Source of the DNA: the human T2T-CHM13v2.0 reference genome, Homo sapiens
Reading direction: 5' to 3' (one strand)
NCBI RefSeq assembly: GCF_009914755.1
Contig: NC_060936.1
DNA: 64,000 nucleotides
Shown here piece by piece: positions 55,407 to 64,000 of the stretch (its first letter is position 1; each line of letters begins with the position of its first letter). The translations under genes were made by a program, and so were the position numbers. The notes below the pieces were generated by a model. That model had not been told where the DNA came from, did not search any database, and worked only from the letters and a program-made list of their open reading frames with translations.

Positions 55407-56619
55407 AGTTTATTTACTGAGCACATACTCTGTGCTAAGCACCTGACCTCTGCTGCCTCCTTTCTTCCTCACTGTAACCTCCTAAGGTAGGAACTAGGAC
55501 CTCCTAAGGTAGGAATTAGGACAAGGGAACCAAGACTCAGAGGAAAAGCCAGTTGCCCAAAGCCACACAGTCGTAGAGCTTGAATTTGAGGCCATGGTGT
55601 TAACCACGATGACTCTCCTCCTCTGGGAAATAGACAGTGACTCTCTAAGGACAGCTCCTAGTGTTCCAGGAGACACAGCAGTGAAAGCTGCAGTCGTCCA
55701 GGAAGGCCTCATGGAGGAGGTGGCTTAGCACTGGGCCTCAAGGGAGGGGCAGAACTTGGAGGCTAGTGGGGAAGGAAGCAATCTGAGGGAACCAACTCTA
55801 CAAAGCAGGCTGGACCATGTCTGCTCCAGGCAGCAAGGTGTCTTCTTAGAGTAGGCAGGAGGGCTGCAGCCATGGCTCAGCCTGCTGTGGCTCCCGGGGA
55901 ACAGAGGATGGGTCAGGGAGGAGCAGGTGTTTTCTAAACCCAGCAGGGCAGGAAGCCTCCTCTTCACAGCCGCAGCCCCCACACCTGGAGTCCACCCCCC
56001 TGGAAAGGCTTATGCCCAAGCCAGGCCAGGCACCCTGCCTCCTCCAGACTCATTTGGTCAGTCTAAAGACGAGCTGGCTTAGTGTAGATCAGCTTCCCCA
56101 GCCACCTGAGCCTGTGCCCAAGGAGCCGGGCCACCGATACTTACAATAGGTAACACATGTAGCAGTCACCATGACTCAGGCACAGCTTAAAGAGTTGTAA
56201 GTAACTTCAGCCGCCAGTATCCCTGTGAGGTAGGTACTGTTACTGTGCCCATTTTATAGATGGAGAAACAGAGGTGCAATGAGGCTGAGTGACCTGCTCA
56301 GGGTCACACAGCTCGTAAGAGGCAGAGCCCAGATGCACCGCTCTGCCATACTGCTTCTAAGCAGAGGCTCCTGAGCCCTGATCATAGCTGCCCCTTCCCT
56401 CTGTCTGAGCTGCCTCCCCAGGTGCGGGTTCTTCTCCGTGCCCAGGGCTCATCCCTGCCATGGTAGCCCCTCCCTAGAGGAGACTGTGAAAGACACCCCC
56501 TCCAGTCCTTGCCACAGGAAAGGCAGGCCAGAGTGCCTAGCTTCTCTCCCCGACCCCCACATCCACACGCACCCTGTCGCCCTCTCCCCCAACCGAGCAC
56601 CGTTGCCTTCTGTTCACAG

Positions 56620-56899
56620 TGATGGCTCCTGCACCCAGGCCGGTGGGGGCATGGAGGACTCCGTGGTGGCAGCGGCGGCGGTGGCAGCCGGCAGACCCAG
56701 TGCCCATGCCCCGAAGGCTCAAGCCCAGGAGCTGCAGGAGGAGGAGGAGCGGCCGGGGGCAGGGGCTGCCTCCCCAAGGGCTGGCCCCCAGCACAAGGCC
56801 TCCCCCGGCCGGCAGCAGCCTGCCCTGGCGACGGCGCTGTGCTCCCACGCCCCTGCCGCCTCCGATTACGAACTCTCCCTTGACCTAAAGAATAAACAG
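56620..56899 (+). CDS. IQSEC3: IQSEC3 internal coding exon (exon 3 of the long isoform), 280 nt, phase 2-0
   Basis: Acceptor ttgccttctgttcacag| and donor CAG|gtaccc. Encodes [28 protein letters not shown]...[14 protein letters not shown]. The YELSxDLxxKQ motif directly precedes the IQ motif in IQSEC/BRAG proteins. Confidence 0.97.
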
Positions 56900-57529
56900 G
56901 TACCCAGGGCCTCCTAGGGGGGCGGGGAGGGTGGTGAAGGGGCCCTGCCTTGGGGGCTGTCGGCGGTACCAGGGATATCCCCGCTGGGTCCCCTCCGCTA
57001 CAGGCACACCTCTTTTGCCACAGTTCTCCTGCATTGAGCGACCTAGTTTGCCCTTCCCTGGACCAGCCACAGGCCTCTGCCTTCTACCATGGCAGGGCTC
57101 ATACCCTCGCAATGCCAGGCCCTTGGGCAGCACGTCCAGGGGCTCTGCTCCTCACACAGTGCTCAGCAAGCCTCCACCGCCCCACTGACCACTAGGCAAG
57201 GAGCCCACTGTTCTCTGGGGTGTCCCCACCTCCATCTGCTGCTTAGAGGCCATAGTCCAGCTTCCACGCCCACCAAGGGAGCCGGTGTTAGGCACCCACA
57301 GGCACAAACGAGGCACAAAGACAATGGTCTCCTCGAAGCAGACAGGATTCCCAAGATCAGTCCAGACTGGGGGAGTCCAAAGCTCCTCTATTGGAGAACA
57401 GATTCCATGGAGGGGCCTGGGCCTCCATTTTCCATTCAGGAAGAGAAAGTGGCCAATTGTGGGGCCCCCATTGAACCCCCAAAAAAGATAATGCCTCAGT
57501 TTGTCTTGGCAGACAAGAGTCTTGATGGA

Positions 57530-57531
<2 letters not shown>

Positions 57532-57560
<29 letters not shown>
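57532..57560. repeat. (TG)n microsatellite
   Basis: About 14 perfect units. Confidence 0.95.
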
Positions 57561-57563
<3 letters not shown>

Positions 57564-58225
57564 TTAGAGAAAGGTGTGATGGTGTGATACTGTTAAGGAA
57601 AGAGCTTTGAACTTGGAGATGTAGACATGGGATCCAGTCCTCGCTCTTCCTCCTATGAACTCAGTGACTTTGGGAGTTGCCAGTTAAACCCTCTGGGCAT
57701 TCGTTTCCTCATCTGCAAAAAAATGAGAATTAACTTTGAATCACCTCCAAGGTCCCTTCTGCCCCAAAATGTGTAGGTTCTAGAGAACAATTCTTCAACC
57801 CAATAGGCAAGGTATCTTCAGAAAGGAAGCTAGTGGGAAGGCCACTAAGACTGAGTCAAGCCAAACTAACCTCCTTCCTCTCTTGGCATTGATGCCAAGC
57901 TCATATCCTGGCTCAGGCCAGCTGTAGGCAGCACATCAGTAAAGTGTTTGACCAAATCCCCCAAGATACCCTATGTGCACATGCCAGGAATGTGTGGATT
58001 ACTAACAATATAGTAAGGAGGGTTGTTCTCAAACCGAATTATCCAAAAAATATTCATCAAAAAAAATCCCAGGGAGTTGAGTGGACATGCTGTCCAGGTC
58101 ACTGATAAGGCACCAATTTGAGGCATACAAGTTACATTCACCTGGCTTTCTGATGACATAAAGCTGAAAGAGAACAGCTGATACCTTGGTGATAGCATCC
58201 CAGACTTTGTAAAAACCTCATCAGG

Positions 58226-58529
58226 GGCCAGGCGTGGTGGCTCATACCTGTAATCCCAGCACTTTGGGAGGCCAAGGCGGGTGGATCACGAGGCCAGGAG
58301 TTTGAGACCAGCCCGCCCAATATGGTGAAACCCTGTCTGTACTAAAAATACAAAAATTAGCCAGGCGTGGTGGCGCATGCCTGTAATCCCAGCTACTCAG
58401 GAGGCTGAGGCAGAATTCCTTGAATGCGGGAGGCGGAGGTTGCAGTGAGCCAAGATTGCACCACAGCACTCCAGCCTGGGCGACAGAGTGAGACTCTGTC
58501 TCAAAACAAAACAAAACAAAACAAAAAAC
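58226..58529 (+). mobile_element. AluS (Sg-like) with (CAAAA)n tail
   Basis: Full Alu; TSD acctcatcagg. Confidence 0.92.
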
Positions 58530-58647
58530 ACCTCATCAGGACAGAAGGATGGTTTTAATGAAAAAAAAAAAGTCGGATGAAATGTGGAAAAATCTAAAAT
58601 TCTGCTCCCAGCTTCGAAAACCCCACAGCACTAGCATAAGACATTCA

Positions 58648-58995
<348 letters not shown>

Positions 58996-59639
58996 TCAGC
59001 TGCCTCCTATGTCTGGGACTTCACAGGCTCTTCCCTTGGCCTCAATCTCTGAAGTTTCCGCTCCCCTCCACACCCCTGCACTTGGCCTTCTCTTGCTTTA
59101 GTACTTGCTTTAGGTACCTCTTCCTCCTCTCAGGCAGTTTTCCCTGCCTCCCAAGCCTGCACTGGGTGTCCCTCTCAGTCATCCCACAGGGCCCGGGTGT
59201 CCCCGTCACAGCCCTTCAGCCCTGTGTCAGCATTTCCTGTTTGCTTGACCCCCTCCTTGAAGGCAGGTGCATGACTTGTTCCTCATTATATTCTCAGTGC
59301 TTAATGCAGTGCCTGGCGAAGAAGCTGCTGGAAGGATAAGAAACGGGAAATGATCACTTAGTGACATAAAGGGGGATGGGATGGGTATACAGCATGGCGC
59401 CAGGAACTGACTCTGCCTTAGGTCTCTTTGAGATCTAACACTTGATATTCCAACCCAGTGATTCCGCCAGCCACACTGAATCCCGTGTTCCATGGCCTGG
59501 GAGGGGTGTTGGACAATCTTAGCTCCCCAGCCCACCGACCCGCCAAGCCTCCTCTGTCAGCCAGTCCAGATCCCCAGGACGGTTTTCCTTGGCTGTTCTC
59601 CTTCCTTCGCCTCTGCTCTAGCCCCAAGCCCCACTGATG

Positions 59640-60380
59640 CTGCCTCTTAACAGTTCCCGAATCCCACCCTCTCTTGCCTTCCCCAGTGCCCCTGCCCCAG
59701 GAGGCCAGGCCATCCTTCCTCTTGCCTGCACGCCGGGAGACCTCCTGTGCTTCCCCTTCTTTGAGCTCTGTCCCTTCCAACCTCACCTCCACATTGCAGC
59801 TGAATCATCTTCCTAAAGTGCACCTCTGACCGCGCTGATCCTCGGGAAAGCCTCTGATGGCTCCTCACGGTGTGCAGGACAGAGGCCTCTCCAGGCTCCC
59901 TGCCACAGTCCCAGCCCCATGGGGGTTCCAGCCGTTCCTATTTGCTGTCCCGAATCTCAAGCCACCCTCACCTCTGGGCTTTTGTGTGGCTTTGTTTCCT
60001 CTCCTGGGGATTCTCCTCACCTGTCCCCGACCCCATCTGCTGCATCTGGAAGACTTCTGCTCATACTTCAGGTCGCAGCCGAGGCACGTGCTTTTACCCA
60101 TTGCCTGTTGCCTCCTCTGTGCTGTCTGGGAGTGGGAGCTGTTCCGCTCAACAGCATGGACCATGTTGTTCTCAGGGCTGTGTGGAGTTGAGCAGGTGGT
60201 GCTCGGGACACCTCCAGGGTGCTGCATAGCCCACGTGAAGAGCCAGCGCTCCTGGAGCTGTGCCCTGGGAACTGTCCTGTCCTTGCCCATCTTTGCCGCC
60301 CTGCACCTTGCACAGTCTTGGGCACCTAGGAACTGCTCAGCAGGGAAGGAACATAGGAATGAAGGCACAAGTGAATGAGC
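59640..60380 (+). mobile_element. L2 3' remnants
   Basis: ctccacattgcagctgaatcatcttcctaaagtgc...tttgctgtccc...gcacagtcttgggcacctaggaactgctcag L2 words. Confidence 0.65.
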
Positions 60381-61973
60381 AAACGAGGCCTACCCTCCAG
60401 CTTCCTGTTCTCCCTGCTGGCCCCTTCCCCAGCACCTGTCACAAGTCGCACAGCAAGACGGTCCTCCTGCCAGCTCTTCTCCCCTTCTCCCTCTGCCTTC
60501 GACCCTCTCACCCCACCCCAGCAGTCCTGGGGGATACAACCTAGGGCAGGCCAAGGAGTGAGCATGCAGGTCCCTTTGGGGAGCCCTTTAGGAATAGAGG
60601 GCCTAGGTGTCATTTTGAAATTCCTCCAAGCCCTCTAGGGAGTTTGTGTCCTGTTGCAGAGCGACTGGAGCCCTTCTTAGCCATCTGAATTGCAGAGCCC
60701 TCTGGGCTGCTCAGGCCAGAGGGCTGTGGAGTTGCAGTCAGTAGAATCTGGGCCCTGCTCCCCGAGCCGGGTCCTGGACAGAAGCCATGTTCTGCTGGAG
60801 AGCAGCCCCTCCCCACAGATCCCCATACCCCAAGCCTCAGGGTCCAGCCTCACTATGGGGCACCTCTTCAGGAAGATGTGGTGGCTATGTTTCTAAGTCA
60901 CTTTCCCTCTTTGCATCTTGGTTTCCTCATGTGTGAACCAAAGGCTGTACCAGAGGGCCTCCTGGCCCCTTCCCACGCTGAAAGTGAGATTTCTACCATG
61001 GGCACAGAGAGCACCAGGGCACCAGCCTACAGAGGACAGTGGTGAGGACAGGGCACTCCATGGGTTGTCCCTCTCCCCGGTTCATTCAGTTCAGGGAACA
61101 GCACTGCACAGCTGCTCTGTCGCAGGCCCTGTGCTAGGCCTGGAGATGCTATGATGCAAAAGATACAGGCCTAGTCATCAGGGTGCCCACAGCCCAGTGG
61201 TGGGCAGACACGGGGCCAGCACCAGTGTTACTACCTGAGCACTAGCTCTGTGTCAGGCCCAGGCTAACGGTTGCCATGTGTTATCTCCCCGGGTCTGCAC
61301 AACGTCCCCGTGAGATTGGCACCATTACCGTCCCATTTCTGGAATGGGAAGATTAAGGCTGAGTGATGGTGATGTTAAGTAACTTGCCCAAGGACACAGT
61401 CCTAGGAAGTAATGCAGCCAAGACATGGACTCCGCAGCCCATGGTTTCGACCCTGTACCTTCCACCATCTCTTGGCATTACAGTGAGGAACAGGCCCCAT
61501 GGAAGTGGCACACAGGGTCTGTGGAGCATGAGGAGGGCAGGCAGCCCAACCTGGGATCAGAGCCAGCTCCTGGGGCAGCCCCACTGGAGGGTCTCATGAC
61601 CTCACTATTAGCTGAGCCATAGCGTGTCCCCCATGCCTACCTGGCTGCCCACTCCCAGGCAGGCCTCAACGCCCCGCGTGTCAAGCACTTGCTGTATTCC
61701 AGACAGCAGGCTGGGAGGAGGGCACACAGAGCAGGCATGAGTCCCCTGCCTTGCAGGAGGCCACAGCCCTGCCCAGCACAGACCCAAGGCTCCTGTGGGC
61801 CTCTCTGAACACCCCCAAAGCACCAGCTTCCCCAGTCTCTCTGCTCCTCAGCCTCACACCCGGGCTCGCCAGGCCAAGTTCTGGAGGCTCACAACATGCT
61901 GTGCTTTCATGGTCTCAACTGGGAAGTCTTGGATGGGAACAAACCCTTGGAAGCCCCCCACACCTCCCCGCGA

Positions 61974-62072
61974 TCCTCAGCACTGTGCCCCCCAGCTAGC
62001 GGCTCTTCCTCCCCACACCTGGCCCCCGCTCCTCAGCACTGTGCCCCCCAGCTAGCGGCTCTTCCTCCCCAC
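61974..62072. repeat. 56-bp-period duplication (43-bp identical core)
   Basis: tcctcagcactgtgccccccagctagcggctcttcctccccac at 61974 and 62030. Confidence 0.92.
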
Positions 62073-62705
62073 CCTCTGGCTTGGCCGCCATCTTTCAGCG
62101 GCCTCTTCAGGCTCAGCTGCCACAGCAACCTGAAAGAAGGGGGCACGTTCTAATTAACACTGAGAGGCTCATTAGAGAGACGGAGGCCCCCGCGCCCCTG
62201 CCGCTGCTTCTTCTGGCAGAAGCTGAGAAATTGCTCTCTTGGCAGGGGGCGAGGCCATCATTCCTCCTGGTTCCTGGGGTTTAGAGGGAAGTGAGCAGAG
62301 CTGCTCCCTGGCCTACAGGCCCAGAGACCCCCCACTCCCTGGGGCTGCCTACCCTCCCGCACCTCTCTCTGCTCTCTGACCTGGCCCTGGTTCAGAACGG
62401 GATTGGGGTAGACGGGAGGGCCTCGCTGTCATGGATGGAGCTGACCTGGGCCATTACTGAGTCCCCAGGTCCTGCCAGGATGCCAGGGTGGGAGGAAGGA
62501 TGGAGTGCTGGGTTCCAAGCCCCGGCCTGGACAAGAGTCTGGAATTTGATTTCCCTGGGGTCACAAGAGAGAATTCAGTTTAGTTCATGTCTGCAAACAC
62601 TTATTCAGCCTCAGCCACAGGTCTGGCACAGCACTGGGCACAAGAGATGCAGAGACAGATGTCTTGCCTGTGATGGACAGTCCGCAGCGAGAGCTCTGAG
62701 CAGGG

Positions 62706-62771
62706 GGTGGCACTGAGCATTGAGGGTGGGGAGGAAGGTGGCACTGAGCATTGAGGGTGGGGAGGAAGGTG
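62706..62771. repeat. Perfect 31-bp tandem duplication
   Basis: ggtggcactgagcattgagggtggggaggaa x2. Confidence 0.95.
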
Positions 62772-64000
62772 TAGGGGACAGTGCAGGTTGGGGGCCTGGC
62801 AGGCCCAACTCTGGGATCAGTGGGAGTTGGTTGATAAATGGGTTAGGACACACGATGGTGAACCCGGAACTGAATTCCAGTGTTATTCAGGGAGCAGTTG
62901 CTCCATGCCAGTTAAGGTGCTCGGTGCTGGACAGGATGACTAAGACATATTTGATGCCGTGAATAACTTATGCTCTGTTGGAGCCTGGGGGAGGGAAAGG
63001 GAGGGAAGGATGGGTTGGAGAAATGCCACAAAGATTAGTGGAGGAGACTGAGTGTCAAAGAGAAATTGGGGCCCGAGGCAGGGAGACCCCGTCTGTTCGG
63101 GGCATTGAGAGGGCTGCATGGAGGAGACACATTTGAGATAGGTCTCGAAGAAGAGGACATTTCTACCTGGAGGAAAGGGGAGGCTGGGAGTTGAGGTTGG
63201 GGAGAGCATTGCAGGCTGGGAGAGAACACAAATGAGTCCCCAAGCAGGGAGCCTCGTGGGGGCGGTCGGGGGAGAGCAGGCAGGAGCTGCTGAGCAATGT
63301 GGACTTTGTGGAGTAGGACTTTGTGGCCCAGCCAGATTGTTAGGGTTGGAAAACCAGGAAGAAGCGTTTTTATCTGTTTGGGGCAATGGTTCTCAAACAA
63401 AGAAAAGCCTGTGTTGACACCTGCTGTCTGAGAGCTTGGGTCTGGTTCTGCAGTGTAAGGTGATGGTGGGAGTAAGAAGGACACAGAGATAGTAAGGATG
63501 CTGCTGGCATGGTCCAAGTGGGAAGAAAAAGAGCCCTACGTGGTGACATTCTGGAAGGATATCATGGATGATTGCAAAAGGTATAGGGGTGGGGGGTCCC
63601 AGGAGCTACAGGAGGCTGACAAACACAGTGGACAGGGCAAACGAAAACCCCAGGACAAGGCAAGTTTCCCAGGCTGGGTGCTTGTCAGGCCAATAAGGAA
63701 GTCAACAAGAGCTGGTTTGGGTGAGGTAGGGAAAACAGTGGCATAGCCTAGATGGACAGAGGATACACAGGCTGCTGGAAATGTGGGTCTAGGATCAAGG
63801 CTAGGTATGGAGGCTTGAGAGTCATTCCCATCATTGTCACTGTCACCATTAAGCAGCTACCACTTATGAAGCTCCTGCTCTCTGCTGGGTGCTCCATGAA
63901 ATAATTTAATCCTCACAAGAAGATACAGGGTCAGCAGGATAAACCCCACTTAATAGATATGAAAACTGAGAGTCAAAGATGTTAAATTCATCCAAGTCCA

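Overview
This is human/great-ape genomic DNA from inside IQSEC3 (BRAG3/SynArfGEF, an Arf-GEF of inhibitory synapses, subtelomeric 12p13.33), transcribed on the + strand. I identified the gene by recognising the protein sequence. Two coding exons are present: 29347-29415 ([22 protein letters not shown]) and 56620-56899 ([17 protein letters not shown]...[13 protein letters not shown]). A probable alternative ATG-less first exon (~7580-7815/7843) lies beside a CpG island. The rest is intron: Alu, MIR, L2, L1 and MER elements, solo LTRs, two VNTRs, and a truncated antisense HERV-I (LTR10, PBS-Ile) provirus at ~38.1-43.4 kb. There are no prokaryotic systems, CRISPR arrays or structural RNA genes, and nearly all ORF-track entries are artefacts. 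I cannot demonstrate a wholly new biological system. The best leads are (1) a full set of antisense transcription signals built from the HERV-I LTR, (2) telomeric repeats inserted into the viral RNase H, (3) an unexplained segment replacing viral pro-RT, (4) a tailless, TSD-less young L1 fragment with a template jump, (5) a near-consensus REST/RE1 site in a MIR, (6) a 1.4-kb G-rich VNTR with higher-order structure, and (7) in-frame alternative splicing and translation options around the IQSEC3 exons. Repeat subfamily names come from memory of consensus sequences and need RepeatMasker/Dfam confirmation.
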